A DNA stretch of 25,277 nt from an uncultured Candidatus Saccharibacteria bacterium (GTDB lineage: Bacteria > Patescibacteriota > Minisyncoccia > CAZCIQ01): assembly GCA_964499175.1 (NCBI GenBank), contig CAZCIQ010000005.1, forward strand, positions 12,331-37,607, in the 5' to 3' direction. The notes under the pieces were generated by a model. It ran no database searches, had not been told where the DNA came from, and worked only from the letters and a program-made list of their open reading frames with translations. Of this stretch, positions 16,165 through 25,237 are shown one piece after another. Position 1 is the stretch's first letter, and each line of letters opens with the position of its first letter. The position numbers and the translations under genes are program-made.

Positions 16165-17172
16165 GTGATTTTGTATCCAAACAAAACTATGAAAAAAATA
16201 TTAAAATTTGCCGTAGCGCCGCTTCTTGTTTATATTTTTTATTTTAGTTCAACTTTCGCGGCAATGAATTTTCCAAGCTCAAACGACTTCAATATTTCTC
16301 CTTCAAACAGATTTCCATACCCAAACGAAGAAATAGAGGCCAAAATAAGAGACGCCACCTTTGACATTAACCGCTCTTACATAAACTGGTATTTAAACGA
16401 GAAACTGATAAGTGAAGGGAGGGGAAACGATAAAATAAATTTTAAAGCGGGGGATACGGGTTCTAAAATAAATCTTTCCGCCATAATCCAAACCCCGAAC
16501 GGAACAGCCGCGAAAAAATCCGTTGTTTTAAATGTTTCAGATATTGATTTGCTCTGGAGCGCGAACACCTACGCTCCTTATTTTTATAAAGGAAAAAACA
16601 TGGCAACCCCGATGTCAGAAGTAAGGGTCGGCGCCATTCCTTATTTCAACTCTCCAAACAAAAAAACGGCTTCGGAAAATTTATTTTTCAAATGGTTTTT
16701 AAACGATAATTTGGAAAATCAAGGACAAGGAAAAGACGCGCACACCTTTAAAACCGGAGTTTTTAGCGATGATGATTATAATGTCAAAGTGGAAATCGCG
16801 AGTGCCGACAACAGACTTTTCCAACAAAAATCAATAACCGTGAAAACGGAAAAACCAGAAATACTATTTTACGAATACTCTCCGCTTCTCGGAGTAAAAA
16901 GTCAGGAAACTGTTTCGCAATTTAAAACTTTTGCGGGCGATTATAAGCAATTTGTAGCCGAACCTTTTTATGTTCCTTACGACAAAAAAGAGGAATTAAA
17001 TTACGAATGGAGCGTGAACGGCCAAAAACTAAAAAATTTAAACGCGCCCTTAAACATAATCAACTTTGCGTCGGAAAAAGGCCAAGAAGGTCTGTATAAT
17101 ATGAATTTAACAGTATCATATAAAAATTTATTAGAAAAAATCAGCAATAGTTTTTCAGTGAATTTAGAGTAA
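16165..17172 (+). CDS. Secreted hypothetical protein (335 aa) with an N-terminal signal peptide.
   Basis: KKILKFAVAPLLVYIFYFSSTFAA is signal-like. Rich in N/K/S. No recognised domain. Confidence 0.5.
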   Translation: MILYPNKTMKKILKFAVAPLLVYIFYFSSTFAAMNFPSSNDFNISPSNRFPYPNEEIEAKIRDATFDINRSYINWYLNEKLISEGRGNDKINFKAGDTGSKINLSAIIQTPNGTAAKKSVVLNVSDIDLLWSANTYAPYFYKGKNMATPMSEVRVGAIPYFNSPNKKTASENLFFKWFLNDNLENQGQGKDAHTFKTGVFSDDDYNVKVEIASADNRLFQQKSITVKTEKPEILFYEYSPLLGVKSQETVSQFKTFAGDYKQFVAEPFYVPYDKKEELNYEWSVNGQKLKNLNAPLNIINFASEKGQEGLYNMNLTVSYKNLLEKISNSFSVNLE

Positions 17173-17183
17173 AGCAATAGACG

Positions 17184-17216
17184 ACTTTTACAGAACATGC
17201 GACGTCCTGTAAAAGT
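17184..17216 (+). promoter_or_regulatory. Stem-loop acttttacag-(13 nt)-ctgtaaaagt overlapping the annotated start of the pilin-like gene. It may be an intercistronic terminator or stabiliser.
   Basis: Perfect 10-bp inverted repeat. The loop contains a gacgtc palindrome. Confidence 0.35.
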
Positions 17217-17652
17217 AAAAAATATGGAAAAAATTGGCAGAATAACTTTTTATACATCATTTTTACTTATAAATTTATTTTATATTTCTTTTGTGTCTTT
17301 TGCAGCGGATATAAACCTTACCCCTCCCGGCATAGGAGGAGCTATAGATCCCTCAACAGGAAACCCGATACCGGGCACACCGGCAACCACGCCAGATTTT
17401 ATAGAATACTTAGACTGGCTTTATAAAATACTACTCGGGTCAACCGGAATTTTAGCTTTAATTATAATAGTGGCCGGAGGTATTATGTATGTGTTAGCGG
17501 GAGCGTCAGGCAAACCTCAAGATATAACACAAGCCAGAACAATGATACTGTCCGCCATAGCCGGTCTGCTTCTCGCCCTAGGCTCTTGGATAATATTAAA
17601 CACTATAAACCCCGACTTATTAAAAAAAGGTTTAGACTTAAACAAATATTAA
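17197..17652 (+). CDS. VirB2/TrbC-like T4SS pilin candidate. Signal peptide, then two hydrophobic helices separated by a short polar loop. The true start is probably ATG 17224 (MEKIG...).
   Basis: Signal sequence SFLLINLFYISFVSFAAD. Helix 1 is LGSTGILALIIIVAGGIMYVLAGASG. Loop is KPQDITQAR. Helix 2 is TMILSAIAGLLLALGSWIILNTI. This is the typical VirB2/TrbC architecture. Confidence 0.5.
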   Translation: MRRPVKVKNMEKIGRITFYTSFLLINLFYISFVSFAADINLTPPGIGGAIDPSTGNPIPGTPATTPDFIEYLDWLYKILLGSTGILALIIIVAGGIMYVLAGASGKPQDITQARTMILSAIAGLLLALGSWIILNTINPDLLKKGLDLNKY

Positions 17653-17653
17653 T

Positions 17654-18832
17654 ATGGATCGCAAAAAAATATTTTTAATAACCGCAATAATAATTTTAAT
17701 AATTTTAGGAATAATTTTTTATTTCGCTTTAACGAAAAAAGATGGATCTAATATCCCGATTATTTCCAACCTATTTCCTGAAACAGGAAATATAAAAAAA
17801 GAAAACGGCGAAGACGGTTTAGACAAAGAAACAAACACAATTAATATTGAAGGGGGTAAAGAACAAGAGATAACAAAAATTTCGGATAAATCCGTCGTTG
17901 GAGCCGTATACGACCAAAAAATAAATAAAATAAAATACGCGGATAAAGCGAACGGACACATTTACGTAACCGAATCTGACGGAAAAAATACGGAAAGGAT
18001 TTCAAACACGACAATTTTAAATGTTTTTAATGTCGCCTGGTCGTTTGACAAAAATAAAGCCATACTTCAATTTCTTAAAGAAGGCGAAATAAATAATTTT
18101 TCAGCTTCATTTACAAGCTCAAGCACGGAAGGACTTTTTCTGTCAAAAAACATTAAATCTCTCGCGCCATCCTTAACTGAAAATAAATTGGCTTATATTG
18201 AAGATATAAACGGAAGAGGAGTGGTTTTTATTTCCGATTTTGAAAATAAAAACAAACAGCAAACTACCTCTTTACCGATAAGCGATTTTAACTTGGATTG
18301 GAAAAATAAAGACTCTTTAAGCCTTGTTTCAAAACCGGCGTTTTCTGTTTTAGGATATTTGTATTCACTGAATTTAAAAGATAAGACTGTGCAAAAATTA
18401 ATTGAAGAAGAAAGTTTAAACGCGCTATGGTCAAAAGACGGAAAAAATATTTATATAACTAAAAACACGGAAAGCGGCATAGAAAATAAGGTCATTGAAT
18501 CGCAAACAAAAAAGGAATATCCGTTAAGTGTCAAAACTTTTGTTGAAAAATGCGCGTGGAGCGCGCTTCAAAAAGAAATTATTTTCTGCGCCGCGCCACT
18601 TAATTTCGCTTATGAGAAATATCCGGACGACTGGTACAAAGGAAAAAAAGTTTTTAACGACGCGCTATATAAAATCAACTATACAACCGGCGCAAATGAA
18701 ATTTTACTGGAAAAAGAAATGAAAAATCGCGATTTTGATATGACAAATTTATTTTTCAGCCCCGAAGAAAAATATCTCTTTTTTATAAATAAAAAAGATT
18801 CTTCTTTATGGAGCGTAAAATTAAAGAATTAA
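17654..18832 (+). CDS. Membrane-anchored hypothetical protein, 392 aa. Has an N-terminal TM helix and a possible beta-propeller-like extracytoplasmic domain.
   Basis: N-terminus KIFLITAIIILIILGIIFYFAL. Repeated segments such as GHIYVTESDGKN and KDGKNIYITKNTESG are loosely PD40/TolB-like. Low confidence on the fold. Confidence 0.4.
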   Translation: MDRKKIFLITAIIILIILGIIFYFALTKKDGSNIPIISNLFPETGNIKKENGEDGLDKETNTINIEGGKEQEITKISDKSVVGAVYDQKINKIKYADKANGHIYVTESDGKNTERISNTTILNVFNVAWSFDKNKAILQFLKEGEINNFSASFTSSSTEGLFLSKNIKSLAPSLTENKLAYIEDINGRGVVFISDFENKNKQQTTSLPISDFNLDWKNKDSLSLVSKPAFSVLGYLYSLNLKDKTVQKLIEEESLNALWSKDGKNIYITKNTESGIENKVIESQTKKEYPLSVKTFVEKCAWSALQKEIIFCAAPLNFAYEKYPDDWYKGKKVFNDALYKINYTTGANEILLEKEMKNRDFDMTNLFFSPEEKYLFFINKKDSSLWSVKLKN

Positions 18833-18841
18833 ATCCATTTT

Positions 18842-19303
18842 TTAAACCGGTTTTATCACAACCTTTCTGTTTTCCCCGTCTCCCATACTTTCCGTTTTAA
18901 TATCCGGATATTCGCTTAAAACGGTGTGAATTATTCTTCTTTCAAAAGAGTTCATCGGTTCAAATTCAACTTCTTTTTTAAAAAATCTTACCCTCTGCGC
19001 GTTCATCTTGGCGACTTCTTTCAAATTATTAATTTTCTTGGAGTAATAACCGTTAACATCCAAAGAAAACGGAGGCATTTCTTTATTTTTGTCCTTAAAA
19101 ATTTTATAAGCCATCTTTTTTAAAATATGAGAAAAAGAGAAAAGATTCTGGCCGTTCTCTCCTATTAAAATTCCGGCTTCGTTTGTGGTTATCGTGAAAA
19201 CAGGATAATCAACACCGGACACAATTTCTATGGTGCCATTTATTCCCATCTTTTCCAAGAAAGACTCGGTTATATTTTTAATTGCATCGTAATCTTTTGA
19301 CAT
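18842..19303 (-). CDS. jag: Jag/KhpB-type RNA-binding protein (KH-like plus R3H domain).
   Basis: R3H signature ...FERRIIHTVLSEYPDIKTESMGDGENRKVVI. Position downstream of yidC fits the conserved rnpA-yidC-jag operon. Confidence 0.7.
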   Translation of the reverse strand: MSKDYDAIKNITESFLEKMGINGTIEIVSGVDYPVFTITTNEAGILIGENGQNLFSFSHILKKMAYKIFKDKNKEMPPFSLDVNGYYSKKINNLKEVAKMNAQRVRFFKKEVEFEPMNSFERRIIHTVLSEYPDIKTESMGDGENRKVVIKPV

Positions 19304-19314
19304 ATTATTGATAA

Positions 19315-20049
19315 TTAAGACTGGTTGGATAAATATTTTCTTCTTATAAAATTCTCTTGCACTATAGCAAAGAAATTCATTGTTGTCCAGTATAAAGAAA
19401 CCGCGGCCGGAAATCTAAGAGCGATAAAAAAAATAAATGCCGGCATTATATACTTCATCTGAAATGACAAAGAACGTTTTAATACATCTTCAAAACTATC
19501 TGACTTGCCGCTTGAAGCGGTTTGAGGGGTTTTTAATGGAGAACTTAAATACATCTGGAGAAATTGGGACGCACCGGTTAAAACCGCCAAAAACAAACTT
19601 TTTCCCGTAATATCAAGAATTCCCAAAAAAAGAAAGTTCGGATTTTGAGGCTCCATTAAAAAAGAATATAAACTATGATCAACGGCCAAGCCTTTCCAAA
19701 AAACCTGATAAAGAGCTATAAGAATCGGCAGTTGTATTAAAATAGATAAAAAACCGGAATAAGGACTGATTCCGTTTCTCTTATATATGTTTAATATTTC
19801 TTGCGTTTGCTTATGTCTATCAGCACTATTTTCGCGCGCTTTTTTTATATCCGGCTCTATTTTTTGAATCTTAACCTGTGTTTTGATTGAATGTTGGGTT
19901 AAGGGAAAAATAATAATTCTTGTTAAAATAGTAAGAAGTATTATTGCCAAACCGACATCATTCCCCGGAATAATGTTTATCAAAAAAACCAATCCGTTAA
20001 ACAGCGGGCGGTAAAAAATTTCGTTATATAAAAAAAATAAAATACTCAT
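19315..20049 (-). CDS. yidC: Membrane protein insertase YidC (short form).
   Basis: 244 aa with multiple TM helices. PLF...IILLTILTRIIIFPLT and ...ILIQLPILIALYQVF are typical of the YidC/Oxa1 core. Sits between rnpA and jag. Confidence 0.8.
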   Translation of the reverse strand: MSILFFLYNEIFYRPLFNGLVFLINIIPGNDVGLAIILLTILTRIIIFPLTQHSIKTQVKIQKIEPDIKKARENSADRHKQTQEILNIYKRNGISPYSGFLSILIQLPILIALYQVFWKGLAVDHSLYSFLMEPQNPNFLFLGILDITGKSLFLAVLTGASQFLQMYLSSPLKTPQTASSGKSDSFEDVLKRSLSFQMKYIMPAFIFFIALRFPAAVSLYWTTMNFFAIVQENFIRRKYLSNQS

Positions 20050-20381
20050 TTTATTAATTTCACCTCTCTTAAGGCGCTAACAATTTCTTCTTTAAGCTTA
20101 TTAAAATTAGCTTTTAACACCTCTTTTTTAAATAAAAAAATCATCAAACACGGCGCGTTAAACTCATGAAGCAATCCAAGAACAACATTTCTCGCCCTTC
20201 TCTTAATCCTGTTCCTATGCGCGGCATGCTTTGAAACCGAAGAAGAAACAACAAAACCCGCCTTTATTCCTTCGCCGCTTTCTTTGTAAATCAAGTTGAA
20301 ATCAGCGTAGGAATTTTTCTTCCCTTTTAAGAACAATGGCTTAAAATGCTTTTTTTCTAAACGGTTTTTTAAAGGAAGCAC
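20046..20381 (-). CDS. rnpA: Ribonuclease P protein component RnpA (GTG start).
   Basis: Basic 111-aa protein with the RNR motif ...AAHRNRIKRRARNVV. Immediately downstream of rpmH. Overlaps yidC by 4 bp. Confidence 0.75.
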   Translation of the reverse strand: MLPLKNRLEKKHFKPLFLKGKKNSYADFNLIYKESGEGIKAGFVVSSSVSKHAAHRNRIKRRARNVVLGLLHEFNAPCLMIFLFKKEVLKANFNKLKEEIVSALREVKLIK

Positions 20382-20384
20382 GGT

Positions 20385-20519
20385 TTAAATTGTTATTTTT
20401 TTTCTTCCCTTTATCCTTCTTCTTTTAATTATTCTTTTTCCGGCCGCATTCCTTGTTCTTTTTAAAAATCCATGCTTTCTCGCTCTTTTTTTCTTTTTGG
20501 GCTTGTAAGTTGTGGACAT
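20385..20519 (-). CDS. rpmH: 50S ribosomal protein L34 (44 aa). Not in the supplied ORF track because it is under 60 aa.
   Basis: Hand translation of the minus strand gives MSTTYKPKKKKRARKHGFLKRTRNAAGKRIIKRRRIKGRKKITI*. This matches the L34 consensus (M..TYQPS...RKRRHGFR.RM.T..GR.VL..RR.KGRK.L). Confidence 0.85.
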   Translation of the reverse strand: MSTTYKPKKKKRARKHGFLKRTRNAAGKRIIKRRRIKGRKKITI

Positions 20520-20733
20520 AAAACAATTCTACAACATAAATATCTATTTTCAATGTTTTAAAAAAAATATGTTAATTCATAATTGTATTAGATTGATAAA
20601 AACAAAGTTATCCACAAGCAATCCACAGTATTTAAAAAGTTGTCCGAAATTAATTTTTGCTTGTTTAATTTAAGTTCATATAATTAATAATTGTTAAGCC
20701 GAATTATTTAAACCGTGCGTTAATTTTAAAACC
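20520..20733. promoter_or_regulatory. rpmH-dnaA intergenic region and likely oriC part 1. A perfect DnaA box TTATCCACA is at 20608-20616 and a near-box cAATCCACA at 20619-20627. Divergent rpmH and dnaA promoters are expected here.
   Basis: Consensus 9-mer read directly. Conserved rpmH | dnaA synteny. Confidence 0.55.
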
Positions 20734-22092
20734 ATGAATGAAATTAATTACAATGAGTTGTGGCAAATTGTCTTAAGCGAGATGGAGCTTTCCGTTTCAA
20801 AGGCTAATTATGCCACTTGGTTTAGAAATACGGCGATAAAAGATTTCAAAGAAGGAGTTGTGTCGGTTGGCGTCCCCAATAGTTTTGTTAAAGAATGGCT
20901 TGAAAATAAATTTCATAAAACAATTTTAAAAATTCTTCGTTCTTACTGCGAGAATATAAGAAATATAGAATATTCCATAGTGCCGACAATAAATCTTATG
21001 GCTAATAATTTTTTAAAAGAAAAAGACGATATTTCTCCGGGCTTGCAATTAAAATTAAAAGAATTTCAGGTTGATAAAAAGACAAACCTTAACCCAAATT
21101 ATACTTTTAAATCGTTTATTGTCGGTTCGTTCAATGAACTTGCCCATGCCGCCGCCTTAAATGTGGTTGATAAACCGGGAATTCTTTACAATCCGCTCTA
21201 TATTTACGGAGGAGTCGGTTTGGGTAAAACACACCTTTTGCAAGCTATTGGAAACGAGCTTAAAAACAGAAATCCGGAATTAAAAATAATTTATATGCCG
21301 TCAAGCACTTTTTTAAACGAGTATGTGGATAATGTCCGCGCCGGAACAATGCATTTCTTTAACAAAAAATACAAAGTTTTTGACGTTTTAATTATTGACG
21401 ATGTGCAATTTTTAAGTGGAAAGGACAGGACTCAAGAAGAACTGTTTCATATATTTAACGCATTCCAAGCCGCGAATAAACAAGTAGTTTTTTCTTCCGA
21501 TTGCCCGCCAAAGCTCATCCTCGACCTTGAAGACAGACTGAGATCGCGTTTTGAAGGCGGTATGATGGCAGATATCTCAAAACCAGATTTTGAATCAAGA
21601 ATGGCCGTGCTTAAATCAAAAACGGCAAACGCGCCTTTTAATATCACGAATAAAGCCCTGGAATGCATTGCTTTGCATGTCACGGAAAATATAAGAGAGC
21701 TTGAAGGAAACTTGAATTTAATACTTGCCGAGATGAAATTAAAAAGAGAGCTGAACGACAATCAAATAAAAGAAATACTTAGTAAAAATAAAAAATCAAT
21801 GAAAATTTTAACGCCAAACCAGATAATCAAGAAAGTTGCCGGTTTTTACGCGGTAAACGAAAAAGATTTGTTTGAAAAAACAAGAAAAAAAGAAATTGTA
21901 AAAGCCCGCCAAGTCGCGATGTATATTTTAAGGGAAGACTACAATAATTCTTATCCCGACATAGGAAGAAGGTTTGGAGGAAAAGATCACACGACCGCCA
22001 TGCATTCTTACGAAAAAATTTCAAAAGAATTAAAAATCAATCAAATATTAAACGAAGAAGTGAACGTTCTTAGAAAAATTTTTTACGAATAG
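20734..22092 (+). CDS. dnaA: Chromosomal replication initiator DnaA.
   Basis: 452 aa. N-terminus ELWQIVLSEMELSVSKANYATWF. AAA+ Walker A GGVGLGKTHLL. C-terminal DnaA-box-binding helix-turn-helix ...VAMYILREDYNNSYPDIGRRFGGKDHTTAMHSYEKI. Confidence 0.9.
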   Translation: MNEINYNELWQIVLSEMELSVSKANYATWFRNTAIKDFKEGVVSVGVPNSFVKEWLENKFHKTILKILRSYCENIRNIEYSIVPTINLMANNFLKEKDDISPGLQLKLKEFQVDKKTNLNPNYTFKSFIVGSFNELAHAAALNVVDKPGILYNPLYIYGGVGLGKTHLLQAIGNELKNRNPELKIIYMPSSTFLNEYVDNVRAGTMHFFNKKYKVFDVLIIDDVQFLSGKDRTQEELFHIFNAFQAANKQVVFSSDCPPKLILDLEDRLRSRFEGGMMADISKPDFESRMAVLKSKTANAPFNITNKALECIALHVTENIRELEGNLNLILAEMKLKRELNDNQIKEILSKNKKSMKILTPNQIIKKVAGFYAVNEKDLFEKTRKKEIVKARQVAMYILREDYNNSYPDIGRRFGGKDHTTAMHSYEKISKELKINQILNEEVNVLRKIFYE

Positions 22093-22365
22093 TTTTATTT
22101 TTTTAATATTTAACCCTGCGGAAAAAGAGGGGATAAGTATTTAAAAACTGTGAATAAAAATTTTTTGAAAAGCAAAATTTATTTTTTAAAAAACTAACAC
22201 ACAGTTTTTAAAAAAGTTTTCAGTAAGTTTTACCCAAACATTAAATAAAAATAATTTTAAATCGCAATATTATTTTTAGTTTTAAACACTTTCCACAGGG
22301 TTTATTACTATTATTAATATAATATTAATTAAATTATTTATTAATAAATAATAAAATGAATTTAT
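22093..22365. promoter_or_regulatory. dnaA-dnaN intergenic region. 273 bp, extremely AT-rich. Candidate DNA-unwinding element and second oriC segment. Degenerate DnaA boxes tgtgaataa (22149-22157) and tttccaca (22289-22296).
   Basis: AT-rich runs such as attattaatataatattaattaaattatttattaataaataataaa. One-mismatch and two-mismatch DnaA boxes read directly. Confidence 0.4.
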
Positions 22366-23499
22366 ATGGAAGTAAAAATTTCAAAAACTAATTTATTTAA
22401 AATAACGGCACTAGCTGAAAAAATAAGTGGTAAAAATTTAAATTTGCCTATTTTAAATTCTTTTCTTATTTCGGCACAAAAAGGAAAAATAAAAATCAGC
22501 AGCACTAATCTTGAAATTGGTTTTGAAATATGCGCGCCGGCCCAAATAATTCAGGAAGGAAAAATAGTGGTTCCGGCCAAAATAATGAATAATTTGGTAT
22601 CCAACATAAAAGACGATGTAATACAATTAAAACAAGAAGGGTTAAACTTAAAAATCATCACAGGCGGTGCTTCGATTATTTTAAAAACCAATTCTTTAGA
22701 TGATTTTCCGATAATGCCGCAAATAAAAAAAGATTCTTTTTTTAAAATGAAAATATCCGACCTATTATCGGGAATAAAATCAGCGCTTTTCGCCGCTTCT
22801 ATTTCTAATTTCAAGCCGGAATTGGCAAGCGTTTATTTTTATAACACAAAAGAAGAACATGTGTTTGTGGCGACCGACTCTTTTAGATTAATGGAAAAAA
22901 AAATTCCAAATAAAGAAAATAAAAATCAGCAAGAATTTTCTCTGCTTTTGCCTATAAAAACATCTTTTGAACTCGCGCGAATTTTGGAAGATTTAAATAA
23001 AGAAGAAGAAAGTAATTTAGAAGTATGTTATAATAAAAATGAATTTCAGGTTTCAAACGACAATTTCATTTTTTTCTCGCGCCTTACCGACGGAGCTTTC
23101 GTAAATTATACAGAGTTTATGCCAAAAGAGTTTTTAGGAGAAATTGTCGTTGATAACAAAGAATTAACAAGTGTTTTAAAAACAGCGAATATTTTTCTAA
23201 GCAGATTAAATGATGTTGTTTTAGAAATAAATTTAAAAAATAATGTTTTTAAGTTGAAAACGTCAAACCCAGAGCTAGGAGAATTTTCATCAATTTTAAA
23301 AATGACAAAAAGAGGATTTGGCAATACAAAGCAGGAAAAAATAAAATTGACTTTTAACCTTAAATATTTACTTGAAGGAATAAATCAAATCAATTCCGCG
23401 TTTTCAATTTTAAAATTTAGCGGAGAAGGAAAACCATTGGTAATCCAAGGAGATGACAACAAAAACAGCTCTTACCTGGTTATGCCCATGAAAATATGA
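22366..23499 (+). CDS. dnaN: DNA polymerase III beta sliding clamp DnaN.
   Basis: 377 aa. MEVKISKTNLFKITALAEKISGKNLNLPILNSFLISAQKGKIKISSTNLEIG fits the DnaN N-terminal pattern. Directly downstream of dnaA. Confidence 0.85.
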   Translation: MEVKISKTNLFKITALAEKISGKNLNLPILNSFLISAQKGKIKISSTNLEIGFEICAPAQIIQEGKIVVPAKIMNNLVSNIKDDVIQLKQEGLNLKIITGGASIILKTNSLDDFPIMPQIKKDSFFKMKISDLLSGIKSALFAASISNFKPELASVYFYNTKEEHVFVATDSFRLMEKKIPNKENKNQQEFSLLLPIKTSFELARILEDLNKEEESNLEVCYNKNEFQVSNDNFIFFSRLTDGAFVNYTEFMPKEFLGEIVVDNKELTSVLKTANIFLSRLNDVVLEINLKNNVFKLKTSNPELGEFSSILKMTKRGFGNTKQEKIKLTFNLKYLLEGINQINSAFSILKFSGEGKPLVIQGDDNKNSSYLVMPMKI

Positions 23500-24074
23500 A
23501 ACCATCGCCACATTATCACTTAAAATATAAAATATGCGTATCCGGAGCAGCTGAAACGGATTGCTGTTCTGTGGATGCCTTAGACAAAGCAAAAGAGCTT
23601 GGCAGAGAAATTGCCAGAAGAAATTTAATTTTGGTAAATGGCGCCACAACTGGCTTTCCTTTTTGGTCTGCGATAGGCGCAAAAGAAGAAAATGGCTGGG
23701 TTATAGGAATTTCTCCGGCTTTTTCAGAGAAAGATCATATTTTAAATTATAATCTCCCGATAGATTACACGGATATGATTGTTTATACAGGGTCCGGCTA
23801 TTCAGGAAGAAATTTAATACTTACAAGAGCTTCTGATGCAATGGTGGTTGGATGTGGAAGAATGGGAACTTTAAATGAATTTACGATAGCTTTTGAAGAC
23901 AAAAAGCCTATTGGAGTTCTTTTGGGGCTGGGTGGCACCACAGACTTAATAAAAGAAATAATAGAAAAGTCGCATCGCGGAGGAGAAACAAATGTTGTTT
24001 ATGATTCTGATCCAAAAGTTCTATTGGACAAATTAATTCCACTCATTAAAAACGAAAAAATAATAGAAGCTTAA
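23496..24074 (+). CDS. LOG / TIGR00725-family Rossmann-fold protein (SLOG-type, cytokinin-riboside-phosphate phosphoribohydrolase-like).
   Basis: 192 aa. KICVSGAAE... is Rossmann-like. The GCGRMGTLNEFT motif resembles the LOG-family GGxGTxxE motif. Overlaps the dnaN stop by 4 bp. Confidence 0.55.
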   Translation: MKPSPHYHLKYKICVSGAAETDCCSVDALDKAKELGREIARRNLILVNGATTGFPFWSAIGAKEENGWVIGISPAFSEKDHILNYNLPIDYTDMIVYTGSGYSGRNLILTRASDAMVVGCGRMGTLNEFTIAFEDKKPIGVLLGLGGTTDLIKEIIEKSHRGGETNVVYDSDPKVLLDKLIPLIKNEKIIEA

Positions 24075-24088
24075 CGCGATTTTTTTTC

Positions 24089-25237
24089 ATGAAAACCACA
24101 ATTGCCGCTCTAATGTTAATAGGAATGATAATTGGAGCCGGAATTTTTAGTTTGCCTTATAGTGTGGGTAAAGCGGGAATAATCTGGGGTTCTATTCATT
24201 TTTTAATCGCTTTTTTTGTTATTTTAAAACTTCATATTTTATACGGCAATGTGATTTATAATTTGCCAAAAAACCGTTTTTTGGGATATGTTAAAGTTTT
24301 ATTAAACAAGAAAATGGAGAGAATTTCTTTGGTTAATATTCTCTTTTCTTATTATGGCAGTTTGTTAATTTACGCTATTTTAGGAGGATTTTTTTTGTTT
24401 AACATTTTTCCTTTCTTAAATTCTTTTTATTGGTCTTTTATTTTTTTGGCGATTGGAGGGGTTTTTGTTTTGTTTAACTTTGAAAATATAAGCAAAATAA
24501 ATTTTTATTTGACAATACCGCTTATAATTTTAATGATTTTAATATCTTTTTTGTTTTTAACCAAAATTGATTTTAATAATTTTTATAAATTAAATCGCTT
24601 TTTTTCCTCGTCATGGTTTTTGCCTTACGGTATTTTTATTTTTAGTTTTAGCGGGTTCGCGGTATTGCCGGATATCTCGGATTTTTTAAAAAACAAAAAA
24701 GAAAGTTATCCTTTTAACCAGTTGCGAAAAACTATTTTAATAAGTCAAATAGCCGTTGCCGCCGTGTACTTTTTGTTTATATTTTCTGTTTTAGGATTGT
24801 TTGGAGAAGAGGTGAAAGAAAATATCTTTTCAGCCGTGTCTCAGATTTTAGGCGCGAAAGGAATGTATATTATGTCGTTTACCGGAATGCTCGCGGTCTT
24901 AACTTCCTTTCTGGCGTTATCGCAAGATTTTAAATATATTTATCTTGTTGATTTAAACTTTAGCTTGTTGAAATCGTTTTTATTAATAATAAGCCCGCTG
25001 GTCGTTTTTTTGTTTTTGGCAAATCAAAGATTCGTGGAAATTATGTCTTTTGTGGGAGGACTGTCTTTTGGCGTATTTGGTTTAATTGTGCTTGCAATGA
25101 ATAGGAAAATTGAAGATAAAAAAAATACGGAAGGAGGATTTTTTAAAAATATTATTTTGCGCGGCATGACTATAATCCTGACCATTTTTATTATTTTGAC
25201 TATTTTATATACTATTTTTGATTTTCCTACATACTAA
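24089..25237 (+). CDS. Polytopic membrane transporter, 382 aa with about 10-11 TM helices. Amino acid permease-like (aromatic/hydroxy amino acid permease family-like N-terminus).
   Basis: N-terminus AALMLIGMIIGAGIFSLPYSVGKAGIIWGS resembles TyrP/Mtr/TnaB-type permeases. Hydrophobic throughout. Confidence 0.45.
   Translation: MKTTIAALMLIGMIIGAGIFSLPYSVGKAGIIWGSIHFLIAFFVILKLHILYGNVIYNLPKNRFLGYVKVLLNKKMERISLVNILFSYYGSLLIYAILGGFFLFNIFPFLNSFYWSFIFLAIGGVFVLFNFENISKINFYLTIPLIILMILISFLFLTKIDFNNFYKLNRFFSSSWFLPYGIFIFSFSGFAVLPDISDFLKNKKESYPFNQLRKTILISQIAVAAVYFLFIFSVLGLFGEEVKENIFSAVSQILGAKGMYIMSFTGMLAVLTSFLALSQDFKYIYLVDLNFSLLKSFLLIISPLVVFLFLANQRFVEIMSFVGGLSFGVFGLIVLAMNRKIEDKKNTEGGFFKNIILRGMTIILTIFIILTILYTIFDFPTY

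Noticed and set aside
18926-19123. 65-aa plus-strand ORF inside jag (also 15013-15213, 18528-18722, 21447-22024 and 22551-23682 within virB4-C, the 392-aa gene, dnaA and dnaN)
   Set aside because: Nested in well-supported conserved genes. These are frame-shadow ORFs.
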